64,000 bases of DNA from the NCBI GenBank assembly GCA_002269645.1, contig NIVC01003567.1, positions 26,928-90,927 of the forward strand, given 5' to 3'. This document shows positions 34,921 to 48,200 of this stretch, in pieces. Source of the stretch: Macrostomum lignano. Taxonomy: Eukaryota. The notes beneath the pieces are model-generated. The model ran no database searches. It saw only the letters and a program-made list of their open reading frames with translations, and had not been told where the DNA came from. The translations under genes were made by a program, and so were the position numbers. Every line of letters starts with the position of its first letter. The stretch's first letter is position 1.

Positions 34921-37214
34921 AAAAGCCTAGGGGGGCCCAGACTTTCCGAAAAAACGGAAAACTAAATTAAAAAAAGGTTTTTTTAACTTATTTAAGAAAT
35001 AAAAAGTAAAACTAAAATAGCTAAAATAAATTAAAGCTATACAGTTTAGTAAAAAATTAGTAGTTTTGACTTATTAGCTTTAAAATTAATAAAATTTTGC
35101 AAGCAGTTAATATAAGTCGTAATATGTATTTTCTATTTCGGCGTATTTCGTGTGCGTTAAAAAATCCGTTGGCGTAGTACCGGGTAAATACGATCTTTAC
35201 CCTGTTGTATAGGTAGGCTCTCCAGTGAGATTTAAAAAAATTTTTTTTGAAAGTATGATTTTCAAACATGACAGAGGGCATCAACAGTATTCCAAACTGG
35301 CTTCATTTATGAAAATTAATTGAATAATAAAAAAGTTATGAAGATTTTAGTGACGAGTTTTGTATTCAATTCAATAGGAGAAAATAGTAAAAATACATTT
35401 AAAAAGCAGAACTTTTGTTGCGAAAATTAAAATTTTTGTGTTCAAATGTATTTAAATCAATGATTTTTAGTAAAAAATGTATTGGCTTTGGTGTATTTGA
35501 AAGATAATTTTGTTTTCTATGTAATTAAATTAGAATCAATCTAATTCTAGGGCCTAATATAACTTAAAGTAGCAATTTTTGTCAATTTCTGCTAATGTAT
35601 AGCATAAAAAGATACATTTTTTCCTGGGAAAATTTTTAACTTTCCAGTTCCATTCTGTAGTTATGTGGTTTCCATGCCATAATTTTTCTTATTTAGGTTA
35701 AAAACAGCTGGTACTATATTGCAAGTAAAATATTATTGAATAGGCCCAGGCTACCCAGCTCTAATGTTGTCTATAAAAGTTTATTTTAGCATTTTTTTAT
35801 TTTTTAATACAGGTTCTAGTGGGGAAAAATAGGCCTACAGGACCACATTTATAAAGGTACCAATTGTTTCAGTGACAGACATTTCGGTAACAAATAGTCG
35901 TTTCGGTGACAAGTTGCTTTTGTGATAGACACATTATTTTTGATTAAAAATTAAAAATTTCATGAGTATTGACATTTTAATAGTAAGAGGTGCTTCATAA
36001 TATTAGCTTGTAGTTATTTTGTTAAGATTTATGTTTTGTATTATATTTAAAAAATTTTATCAAAGGATTCATATATTTAAGAAAAGAAATCAAACTAATT
36101 ATATTGTTTTCTTCTTGTGCAGATAGGGATTGCAATCCCGGGATCCCAAATCCCAGGAATGTAGACAGGTTTTGGCCTGACAGGATCCTGGGATTGGAAA
36201 CTTTTATGATAAAGTTGGTGATATCCAGGAAATCAAAATGTTTGTACATGTATTTTAAATACATTGCACAAGTAATATTCACGCGTCGTGATCATGAGTT
36301 GTAACATGACTCTCGATTCTCAAATTGTGACATGATATAATACAAATTATACAATACACAATACATGCAAGTCTCAAACTTGTGTTGTGTTTATGTATTC
36401 GACTACTTGTGTTACTTGTGTTATGTACATAAAAAGCATTGAAAAATGAATCATTGACGTTTGCTGGGAGTTCAACGCATTTACTGAAATTAGCCTGCAT
36501 ATACATGTACTTTTATAGGCTTTGGAAGGAAACAAAAGCATGCCTAACTGCCTTTGGGCATTGGACCTTGAGCCAAAGGCAATTTTTAAAACAAACTAGA
36601 GGTCGGACAAGCAGAAAATTTTGGTTAGGAGTGAAATTTTGGGAAATTTTCAAAGTCAGGCGTGATTCAAAGTCGGCCGAGTTGGCCGATCCGGCTGACC
36701 AATTTGGCGGCCAACCAAGGAAGTTGCAAAAATGCCCACCCCAAAAAATACCAAAGTAGTAGTACTAAGTAGCTGACGAGGCATTTTGATCTAATAAGAC
36801 AGTCATAGTTACTTCTGCCGTTTACCCAAAGTTGCGTTAATTTTGCATTAGTTTTTTTACATGTAAGTCGCATTTTTGACCAAAAACTACGTCGCATTTT
36901 TGTTAAAACTAAGTTGCATGGCCGACCAAATTTTGGAGGTTGCGCATGTATGATTACAAGCCTAAACTAAAGACAAAGTTGGTATACAATGTGCTATTGC
37001 TAAAGTGCTTATAATTTTGCCATTAGAATCAATAATGAATATGTCTGCCAAATAGACTATGAAAAATAAATTGTATTTTTACCTTTCAATGGCATATCAC
37101 ATGCATTTTGGTAGAAACTTTAAACTGATATCTTTTTTGGTGATATAATCAACAAATGGTTTTTCGCAAGGTATCATGACAGCATTGGAAAGCTAACCTT
37201 GTATTAGAGAAGAA

Positions 37215-37500
37215 TGACAGTGGTGGACATAGACTGGTATCTATTAGCAATACAAATGGCATCCTTCATTATTCTCCATGCCACCAGAGACTTTTGTAAC
37301 AAGTTTAGAAGTAGTATCTCTTTGTGTATAGATAATCCATTTTCAATTGTTGCATTGCCATAAGACATAACCAGTGCCATGGTGATGGCCTTCTAAAAGG
37401 CAGTAGAATTTTGGTACTGAAATGTAGGCTTAATTAACCCTTGCTCACAAAGAGGCTTGCATTGAGTTTGTCTAGCCTTTCAATTCTAGAAGAGAACTGA
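37215..37500 (-). pseudogene. Decayed hAT-type transposase C-terminal (dimerization) fragment
   Basis: Minus strand reads ..FSSRIERLDKL.. then, frameshifted, TAF*KAITMALVMSYGNATIENGLSIHKEILLLNL..SLVAWRIMKDAI. This resembles the recalled hAT motif LVLSHGxAxVERGFSxNK. Confidence 0.55.
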
Positions 37501-37666
37501 AGCCATACCCATTTGACTCTTCATTGCACTGATTCTTTAGTCCACAAAGGGCCTAAAAACTTGCTACATAGCATCAGCCTCATTAGTAGTGAGGTGGTTG
37601 GCTTCAACTAGTTCCAAGAGTAGCAGTTAAAATATCTTCTCATTTTTGCAAGGCATGTTTGGGCGC

Positions 37667-38148
37667 AACCTAGGGATTCACCTAGGGATTCACCTAGGGA
37701 TTCAACCTAGGGATTCAACCTAGGGATTCACCTAGGGATTCAACCTAGGGATTCACCTAGGGATTCAACCTAGGGATTCACCTAGGGATTCAACCTAGGG
37801 ATTCACCTAGGGATTCAACCTAGGGATTCACCTAGGGATTCAACCTAGGGATTCACCTAGGGATTCAATCTAGGGATTCAACCTAGGGATTCACCTAGGG
37901 ATTCAACCTAGGGATTCAACCTAGGGATTCACCTAGGGATTCAACCTAGGGATTCACCTAGGGATCCAACCTAGGGATTCACCTAGGGATTCAACCTAGG
38001 GATTCACCTAGGGATTCAACCTAGGGATTCACCTAGGGATTCAACCTAGGGATTCACCTAGGGATTCAACCTAGGGATTCACCTAGGGATTCAACTTAGG
38101 GATTCAACCTAGGGATTCACCTAGGGATTCAACCTAGGGATTCACCTT
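37667..38148. repeat. Minisatellite, 12/13-bp unit cctagggattca(a)
   Basis: Tandem copies read directly. Confidence 0.97.
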
Positions 38149-38307
38149 CATAATTTACATTGTAAAAAAAGCAGTTTGTTAGTTTATAATAATCGAAATT
38201 TGGTCTGATCCTCAGTGATAAGCATTATTAAGTATGATAAGTAATGCAATTAAAAGTAAATCACCCATAAATCTTGTCGCTTGCCTTCATGTCCGTTAGT
38301 CAGTGCC

Positions 38308-40964
38308 ATGGGCGATGGCTGGGAAGCCGCAGCCGAGCTGGAGTTCTCAGCTCAGTTCCCGCTGCATGCCGCTTGCAAATCTGGCAGTGCTGAGCTGCTG
38401 CGCTCTCGGCTGCAGTCTCACTACCAGCACCTGCTGCTGGAGGACCCCGTGCACCAATGGACTCCGTCTCACTGGGCCGCATACTGTGGGCATGTAAGAG
38501 TTTGGAGAGTTTCCAGTTTGGCAAGTTTCGAGTTTGGAAAGTTTTGAGCTTAGGATGTTTCGAGTTTGGAAAGTTTTGAGTTCGGGAAGTTTTTCTTTTT
38601 AAAAAAATAAATTCCGAGCTTTTGCTCAATTCCATGTGTCGACTGTAGTTGCAGCTCAAAAGTTTGCATTGCGTAAAGCGGTTGCTATAGTTACCCTTGT
38701 ATTTCATCCGGCTTTCAGATGGACTGCCTGACCGTGATCAACCAGGTTGAGTCTTTGTTCGACCACCCGCTGACCCGGTCGCTGCAGACTCCGCTCCATC
38801 TCGCTTGCTTTGCGGGCCAATTCATGACTGCCAAGTGGCTGCTGCAGCGGGGCGCCGTAATTGGGAAAGAGGTTCGATTTGAGGCCTTGAAGCTGCCGAA
38901 TCAATTAACTTTGCCAGTAGGGCTCCTGTGTAATCTCCGTTCCTCAACTGATCAGTAGAATCGCCCTCAATTGAGTCCTACTCAGTCCTACTCAGAGAAT
39001 CCCCTCAGAGAATCGCCCTCAGAGAATCGTCTTCAGAGAATGGCCCTCATTGAATCGCCTCAGAGAATCGCCTAATAGAATAGCCTCATTAAATCGCCCT
39101 CATCAAATCACCCTCAATAAATCACCCTCAATAAATCACCCTCAATAAATCACCCTCAATAAATCACCCTCAATAAATCACCCTCAATAAATCACCCTCA
39201 ATAAATCACCCTCAATAAATCACCCTCAATAAATCACCCTCAATAAATCACCCTCATTAAATCACCCTCAATAAATCACCCTCAATAAATCACCCTCAAT
39301 AAATCACCCTCAATAAATCGCCATCATTAAATCACCCTCATTAAATCGCCCTCATTGAATCGCCTCAGAGAATCGCCCAATAGAATAGCCTCATCAAATC
39401 ACCCTCATCAAATCACCCTCATTAAATCACCCTCATCAAATCACCCTCATCAAATCACCCTCATTAAATCGCCCTCATCAAATCACCCTCATTTAATCAC
39501 CCTCATCAAATCACCCTCATTAAATCGCCCTCATCAAATCACCCTCATTTAATCGCCCTCATCAAATCACCCTCATTAAATCGCCCTCGTCAGATCATTC
39601 TAATTAAATCGCCCTCGTCAAATCATTCTAATTAAATCGCCCTCGTCAGATCATTCTAATTAAATCGCCCTCGTAGAATCACCCTCAAAGAATCGCCTCA
39701 CTGATTGCCCTGACTAAATACCCTCATTAAATCGCCCTCACTGAGTCGCCATCTTTAGATCCCTATAATACACTGTCTCCCTATTTGAGTCAGACATTGC
39801 ACATTTTCGAATGGAATTACTGAATCAGTGCCAATTCTAAACATTCGCACTGGCCGCAGGATTACATGGGCGAAACACCGCTGCACAAAGCTGCTCGAAA
39901 TGGCAGCCTCGATTGCGTTCAACTGCTGCTGTCTCAGGGAGCCAATAGGGGGTGAGTGGCCTGTTCACCAACTGTCTGTTCACAGTGATATTCGCCGGGT
40001 GCACTGTCCATCCACAGGGGATATTCACCGGGTACACTGTCTATTCACAGGAGATATTCACCGGCTGCAATGTCCATTCACAGGGTATATTCACCGGCTG
40101 CAATGTCCATTCACAGGGTATATTCACCGAGTGCAATGTCCATTCACAGGAGATATTCACCGGCTGCAATGTCCATTCACAGGGTATATTCACCGGGTGC
40201 AATGTCCATTCACAGGAGATATTCACCGGTTGCACTGTCCATTCACAGGGAATATTCACCGAGTGCAATGTCCATTCACAGGAGATATTCACCGGCTGCA
40301 ATGTCCATTCACAGGGGATATTCACCGGGTGCAATGTCCATTCACAGGGGATATTCACCGGGTGCAATGTCTATTCACAGGGGATATTCACCGGGTGCAA
40401 TGTCCATTCACAGGGGATATTCATTGAGTGCAATGTCCATTCACAGGGGATATTCACCGGGGCACTGTCTATTCACAGGGAATATTCACCGGGTGCAATG
40501 TCCATTTACAGGGGGTATTCACCGAGTGCACTGTCCATTCACAGGGGAGCAAAGTTCTCACAGGTGACATTCACCGGGTGCACAGTCCTCGAAGATGACC
40601 CAATCAGCTGACCAAGCGTCCACAATGCCCTGCCCGCAGCACTCGAAGCCATAGCGGCCTGACTCCCCTGGACGTCGCCCAGATGCAGCGCCACGAGTCA
40701 TGCGTCGAAGCGCTTCAACGAAACTCCTCCAGCAACGAAGCTGCCAGCAGCTGCGAGTCGTTGCTGCTCCCGCCAGGTGTCCAGCAGACTCTAAAGCGTT
40801 GCCATGACAACGGCAGCTTCGATCCTGTAGTTGCTAAGCGACCGCGCTGCTCAGACGAATGGCGATTATTGGAGGCCGAGCAGCAGGCGGAGGCTGGGCC
40901 GGCACCACTGCGCACCTACCAGCAGGTAGCGAGCTGCTCCATCAGCGGCTGGCACTTCATGTAG
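38308..40964 (+). CDS. ANKRD10: Ankyrin repeat domain-containing protein 10 orthologue; exons 38308-38493, 38719-38871, 39860-39951, 40640-40964
   Basis: FPLHAACKSG...WTPSHWAAYCGH...QTPLHLACFAG...DYMGETPLHKAARNGSLDC...SGLTPLDVAQ, plus C-terminal LKRCHD...KRPRC. Matches the recalled ANKRD10 layout; splice phases agree (exon 2 donor is weak). Confidence 0.85.
38960..39745. repeat. Intronic minisatellite, ~14-bp unit aaatcaccctcaat
   Basis: Tandem copies read directly. Confidence 0.95.
39975..40580. repeat. Intronic minisatellite, 33-bp unit tcaccgggtgcaatgtccattcacaggggatat
   Basis: Tandem copies read directly. Confidence 0.96.
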
Positions 40965-41874
40965 GCTTGTTAAAGTTTTCACTTACCAGCAAAATTTATG
41001 CAAGATTGGTCAGTCCATTGTGACATGTCCTACTCAAAGTAGTAAGAATGATTTTATTGTTGCCAATCGTGTCGCTGTGTGCGCGCCTTCAATTCCCTGC
41101 TGATTGGGTGGGCAGCTTCTCTCTGTATCCAAGGCTGGTTTTGGCCACAGACACTGGAATAACTAGATGGGCCACTCAGGACATTTGCATGTAAACTACT
41201 TTCAGTTCAGTAGTAAGTTAAATATAAGCATTTTAGTGTTAAATTCAAGGATTATTTATTGGCTCCCTCTAACTTTAAACCATCCAACCGCGCCTTTTCA
41301 CGCTGCCCCGCCCCAGTGTTTATTGCCTCTCTTGGAATTCCAGCCTAAAGCTACCATGTACATTTCAGTAGACTGGCTAATGTACATTATTGCTGAACCA
41401 ATTAGCAAATTGTTAGCGCCTGCAAGCTTGGGCTTCTGAACTTATCAAAGTAATTTCAGCTGCCTTTATTTAAAAAATAGCTCATGTATTCTTCTTTGCT
41501 ACTGAACTGAGAGTAGACAGCTGTTTTACTCAGTAAATGTGCCTGAGTGGCCCATCTTATTGTTTTATAGTAAGTATCTGTTGTTTTGGCGAAGTGACTC
41601 GCATTTTCAACTATTGATATTGATGTTATTTATTAGTCTGCAGTGATGTCATATCAGTGGATAGCGCGTGTGGCAGCCAGGTTCAAATTTTCATAACTTG
41701 TGCAGCTGTGCCAATATGCAGTCTGGCCTGTGTGCACCCGTTTATTGTGTGTTCTGTGTTTACCCATGGCTAAAGTGAAACTAACCAAATATTTATAATC
41801 AGTCAACGAGAATTTGACTTTATTTAAACCAGGGGTCGGCTAACTCTGAGAAGCCTCTCTGACCTCATGTCTGT

Positions 41875-42840
41875 TTTGAGCTCTCTCTCCTCTCCTCTCG
41901 CTCTTCTCTCTTCTCTCTTTACTCTCCTCTCCTCTCTTCTCTCCCCCTTTTACTCTCTTCTCTCTCCTCTCCCATCTTCTCTCTTATCTCCCCTCTCTCC
42001 CTCTCCTCTCGAATTTCTTCTCCCCTTTTCTCTCCTCTTGCTACTCTCTCGCCTTTACTCTCCTCTCTTCTCTCTTCTCTTCTTATCTTCTCTCCACTCT
42101 CTCCTCGTCTCTCCTCTCTCCCTTCTTCTCTCTTCTCTCTCCTCTCCCCTATCACCTCCTCTACTCTCCCCTCTCTCCCCTCTCCCATCGCTCTCCCCTC
42201 TTCTCTCTCCTCTTATCTTGTATATTTTCCCTCATCCCATATGTCGCCTCTGCTCTCCACTCTCATCTGTCATCTTCAATCCCCTATCATTTCCACTCTC
42301 ATCTGTCATCTTCAATCCCCTATCATTTCCACTCTCATCTGTCATCTTCAATCCCCTATCATTTCCACTCTCATCTGTCATCTTCAATCCCCTATCATTT
42401 CCACTCTCATCTGTCATCTTCAATCCCCTATCATTTCCACTCTCATCTGGCATCTTCAATCCCCTATCATTTCCACTCTCATCTGTCATCTTCAATCCCC
42501 TATCATTTCCACTCTCATCTGTCATCTTCAATCCCCTATCATTTCCACTCTCATCTGGCATCTTCAATCCCCTATCATTTCCACTCTCATCTGTCATCTT
42601 CAATCCCCTATCATTTCCACTCTCATCTGTCATCTTCAATCCCCTATCATTTCCACTCTCATCTGTCATCTTCAATCCCCTATCATTTCCACTCTCATCT
42701 GGCATCTTCAATCCCCTATCATTTCCACTCTCATCTGGCATCTTCAATCCCCTATCATTTCCACTCTCATCTGTCATCTTCAATCCCCTATCATTTCCAC
42801 TCTCATCTGTCATCTTCAATCCCCTATCATTTCCACTCTC
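41875..42840. repeat. Pyrimidine-rich tract (41875-42215) followed by a 36-bp minisatellite tcatctgtcatcttcaatcccctatcatttccactc (42250-42840)
   Basis: Read directly. Confidence 0.95.
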
Positions 42841-44379
42841 ATTTTTGTAACTTTGTGTTTCTTTATGCTGATAGCCACAATGATTTTTATTTTATTTGTG
42901 ACAACATTAGCTTTTTTTTGTCTAATTATTAGTGCCCATTAACAGTGAAAATTTTTCACATGTGTTTTATTTATTTATAAAACGACAACCCACAGCTCCA
43001 TTCGTTTGTTCTGTACATCCGCAGCTGAACTGTTTTTACTAAACAACTTAGTTTTTATTTTTTATTAATTTTTGTTAGACTTTTTCAAATATAACAGTAA
43101 AAAACTTGGCGCTCGTGTTGGTTAGTAGCAGCGAATGCGTTTTGTCACCATTATTTAGGCTGATTTAAGATTTTATAGCGTGCGCCCAGTTTTTTTGCCC
43201 CCCTCGGGCTTGTGTTCGTACACACTGAACCGCTAGCTCTGCTGTTGCTCAATTCTAAGTGATTTTTGTGTGTTTATCTAATTTCAGTTTTAAACTGGCC
43301 AGTGTGAACTTGCAAGCTATTCAGGTACATTGAGTCATTTCTTATCTGATCGGTTTTTACTGGGCCAAAAATCGCATTCATCCTAGTCTAGAGTACATGC
43401 AGAGTACTTATGAGCCTGCATCTATACCAGATTCATTATGCACGGCCGTACTTGAGGAAGGAAGAAGAGAACAAAGAAAGAAGACGCAACGGTAGAAATT
43501 TGCAATGCCACAACACGAATACTAAAAGCAATTTTTTTAATCGATTTAACAAATTTTAACCATAATCGCAAAGTGTAAATGACTAAATATATTAAAACAA
43601 TAAATTCTAATGTCACAACATCTAAATATTGATTTTTCTATTATTATTAACGCGTTAATGAATAAAAATTCATTGGTACATTCCTCTCAGATAGCAACCT
43701 TCAAAACCAGGTACATCAAAATCAAAAACATTCCGTGACATTTAATTAATAATTTCAGGTGAATTGCAGCATTGCAGAATAATAAATCGTAAACAGAATA
43801 AATAAACTGTCAAAACAGTGACAAGTACAGCTCGTAAATATTTAAACTGACTGAAATTTCAACAGCTTGCGAAAACCAGCTGTATGAGGTTAAAGGATCA
43901 TGGCGGATTAGGACCCAATAGATTAAACGGCAGCTTTATATAAATAGAGATGTCTAAACACCTGTGACTGCGTGCTAATAATAATGCATGAATTAAAGCG
44001 ATAAACTTGCTAGTGTGACACGGAAACGCCCTAGCAACAAAAAGCAGCTGACTAAATTAAACAAGAAAAATAACAAAAAACTAACTAGACTACTGAATAT
44101 GAGTAGCAATATAAAAAGGAATATCGCGACCGCTTGTGTTAAGCAGATAATTATGCATTTTTGTTATAGCAAGAATTCGCCTTGGGTAATGACCGCCGGA
44201 TCAGCTGCTGACGTTCTGCTTCAAATGATTTCTTGACTGAGTTTGCTCAAATTGATGTGCAGCTGATGCCGAGGGTCTTGAGAAAACTTTCTCGATAAAC
44301 ATTACTTTCTCATCATCATTTCGTGTATTGACCATATCATAAGTTATTCGTTAGCCGAGCTTTTTAAAATTGTTGAAAA

Positions 44380-45180
44380 TCATCAAGTCACTGATTGATT
44401 ATCAATAAGTCACTGACTGATCATTAATACATCACTGATTGATCATCAATAACTCACTTGTTGATCAACAATAAGTCTCTGATTGATCAGCAAAATATCA
44501 CTGATTGATCATCAATACCTCACTGATTGATCATCAATACCTCACTGATTGATCATCAATACCTCACTGATTGATCATCAATACCTCACTGATTGATTAT
44601 CAATAAGTCACTGATTGATCATCAATATATCCCTGATTGATCATCAATACATCACTGATTGATCATCAATACCTCACTGATTGATCATCAATACCTCACT
44701 GATTGATTATCAATAAGTCACTGATTGATCATCAATAAATCACTGATTGATCATCAATACCTCACTGATTGATCATCAATACCTCACTGATTGATCAAAA
44801 ATAAATCACTGATTGATCATCAATAAATAACTGATTGATCATCAATAAATCACTGATTGATCATCAATACCTCACTGATTGATCATCAATACCTCACTGA
44901 TTGATCAAAAATAAATCACTGATTGATCATCAATAAATAACTGATTGATCATCAATAAATCACTGATTGATCATTAATAACTCACTGATTGATCATCAAT
45001 ATATCACTGATTGATCATCAATACATCACTGATTGATCAACAATAAATCACTGATTGATCATCAATAAATAACTGATTGATCATCAATAAATCACTGATT
45101 GATCATTAATAACTCACTGATTGATCATCAATAATTCACTGATTGATCATCAATAAATCACTGATTGATCATCAATAAAT
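44380..45180. repeat. Minisatellite, 22-bp unit atcactgattgatcatcaataa
   Basis: Tandem copies just 3' of the V-ATPase stop codon. Confidence 0.96.
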
Positions 45181-45277
45181 TACAAAATAACAACCAAACA
45201 AACCTCCAGTCTTGACTACTCAAAACCAGGCTCCCATCCTTATCAGTCCCTGTGAAACCCCAGTCCACCAACCAGAG

Positions 45278-48200
45278 TCACATCTCCAGCTCTGCCCTAG
45301 CAAATGAGAACGGCTCAAACTTGTAGCCCTCTCCCTTGTAGAACTTGTTCATGAACTCCACCCAGTGCAGCCGCAGGGCATGCAGAAATGCCGACAGGCC
45401 CTCCATGAGCAGCAGCACAACCACGGTGAGCAGAGCCCAGAATGAGAAGGCCACGAACAGGGCCAAGCAGCCGCCGAATCCTTCACGCTTGAGTCCGATG
45501 GCCAGCACCATGCCCCACAGCACCTCGGACAGCTGGGCGTGGGCCAGCGACAGGGCCCACAGCCGCAGGTAGCTGGCGGTGTTGGAGATGCAGCTCAGGC
45601 AGTACTCGATCGTGTGGATGGCCTGGTGCACGAACACCTCACCGATGTCCACCTGCGGGTGCCGTGACGGGCGGGGTGACTGTGACAGTCAGGCTGGTGA
45701 CACTGTGTGACAGTCATGCTGGTGACACTGTGTGACAGTCAGGCTGGTGACACTGTGATAGTCATGCTGGTGACACTGTGTGACAGTAATGCTGGTGACA
45801 CTGTGTGACAGTCATGCCGGTGACACTGTGTGACAGTCAGGCTGGTGACACTGTGTGACAGTCATGCTGGTGAAACTGACAGTCATGCTGGTGACACTGT
45901 GAGACAGTCAGCCTGGTGACGCTGTGTGACAGTCATGCTGGTGACACTGTGTGACAGTCAGGCTGGTGACACTGTGTGACAGTCAGGCTGGTGACACTGT
46001 GTGACAGTCATGCTGGTGAAACTGACAGTCATGCTGGTGACACTGTGTGACAGTCAGCCTGGTGACGCTGTGTGACAGTCATGCTGGTGACACTGTGTGA
46101 CAGTCATGCTGGTGACGCTGACAGTCATGCTGGTGACACTGACAGTCATGCTGGTGACACTGTGTGACAGTCATGCTGGTGACACTGTGTGACAGTCATG
46201 CTAGTGACACTGTGTGACAGTCATGCTGGTGACACTGTGTGACAGTCAGGCTGGTGACACTGTGATAGTCATGCTGGTGACACTGTGTGACAGTCATGCT
46301 GGTGACACTGTGTGACAGTCATGCTGGTGACACTGTGTGACAGTCAGGCTGGTGACACTGTGATAGTCATGCTGGTGACACTGTGTGACAGTCATGCTGG
46401 TGACACTGTGTGACAGTCATGCTGGTGACGCTGACAGTCATGCTAGTGACACTGACAGTCATGCTGGTGACACTGTGTGACAGTCAGGCTGGTGACACTG
46501 TGTGACAGTCATGAGTCATGCTAGTGACACTGTGTGACAGTCATGCTAGTGACACTGTGTGACAGTCATGCTAGTGACACTGACAGTCAGGCTGGTGACA
46601 CTGTGTGACAGTCAGGCTGGTGACACTGTGTGACAGTCAGGCTAGTGACACTGTGTGACAGTCATGCTAGTGACACTGTGTGACAGTCATGCTGGTGACA
46701 CTGTGTGACAGTCAGGCTGGTGACACTGTGATAGTCATGCTGGTGACACTGTGTGACAGTCATGCTGGTGACACTGTGTGACAGTCATGCTGGTGACACT
46801 GTGTGACAGTCAGGCTGGTGACACTGTGATAGTCATGCTGGTGACACTGTGTGACAGTCATGCTGGTGACACTGTGTGACAGTCAGGCTGGTGACACTGT
46901 GACAGTCATGCTGGTGACACTGTGTGACAGTCAGGCTAGTGACAATGTGACAGTCATGCTGGTGACACTGTGTGACAGTCATGCTGGTGACACTGTGTGA
47001 CAGTCATGCTGGTGACACTGTGTGACAGTCATGCTAGTGACACTGTGTGACAGTCATGCTGGTGACACTGTGTGACAGTCAGGCTGGTGACACTGTGTGA
47101 CAGTCATGCTAGTGACACTGACAGTCAGGCTGGTGACACTGTGTGACAGTCATGCTAGTGACACTGTGTGACAGTCATGCTAGTGACACTGTGTGACAGT
47201 CATGCTAGTGACACTGTGTGACAGTCATGCTAGTGACACTGTGTGACAGTCACCGCTCACCTCCTCTCCGTGATCCCCATATCCGGCTCCCATATCGACA
47301 GCCTTATCGCCGTCATGGATATTGTTGCCGCCATCCTGCTGCTGCCCCATGCCCAGCTCAGTTTGATCTCCACCATCGACTCCAGCATCCGGCTGCATCT
47401 GCGGCTGCGGCTGCTGGTGCCCCATCATGGCGCCGCCCCTGGCCAACATCTGCTGACGGCGGCGCAGAATCAGCGGCTTGACCAGCAGCATCCAGGGAGC
47501 GCAGGGGATGATGAGCAGCACCAGGAAGGTCTGCAGGCCCTGATAGCCCGTGTAGATTGGCGGGCAGCCGTTCGTGGCTTTGTCGTAGCGGAACAGGAAC
47601 ATGTTGATGAGGCCTGCGGGCGGGCGATGGTGAGCGCTCAGCATCCCGACTGGTACCTTCCAATCTGACTGATCTATAACCCTAGCTAAAATATCTAACA
47701 CACTATCATACGGGTTGCAGAGATCTCTAACACCCTCGCTTAGATCTCTAACAGTCTTGCTTAGATCTCTAACAACCTCGTCGTAGATCTCTGACAACCT
47801 CGGCTTACATCTTTAACAACCTCGTGTCGATATTTACTATATATACCCTCGCTTAGACCTCTAACATCCTCGCTTAGATCTCTAACACCCTCGCTTAGAT
47901 CTCTAACAACCTCGTGTTGATATCTAACACCCTCGCTTAGATATCTAACACCCTCGCGCAAACTTTTAACACCTCGTTTGAATCTCTAACACCCTTTAAC
48001 CGCAGATGTCTAACACCCTTTAACCGCAGATGTCTAACACCCTTTAACCGCAGATGTCTAACACCCTTTAACCGCAGATGTCTAACACCCTTTAACCGCA
48101 GATGTCTAACACCCTTTAACCGCAGATGTCTAACACCCTTGAACCGCAGATGTCTAACAGCCTCACCAATGAGCAGGTTCGGGGCGCAGTTGCTGTTCCG

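Noticed and set aside
42250-42840. CRISPR-like 36-bp repeats
   Set aside because: Head-to-tail repeats with no unique spacers, no cas genes, eukaryotic context; applies to all arrays here.
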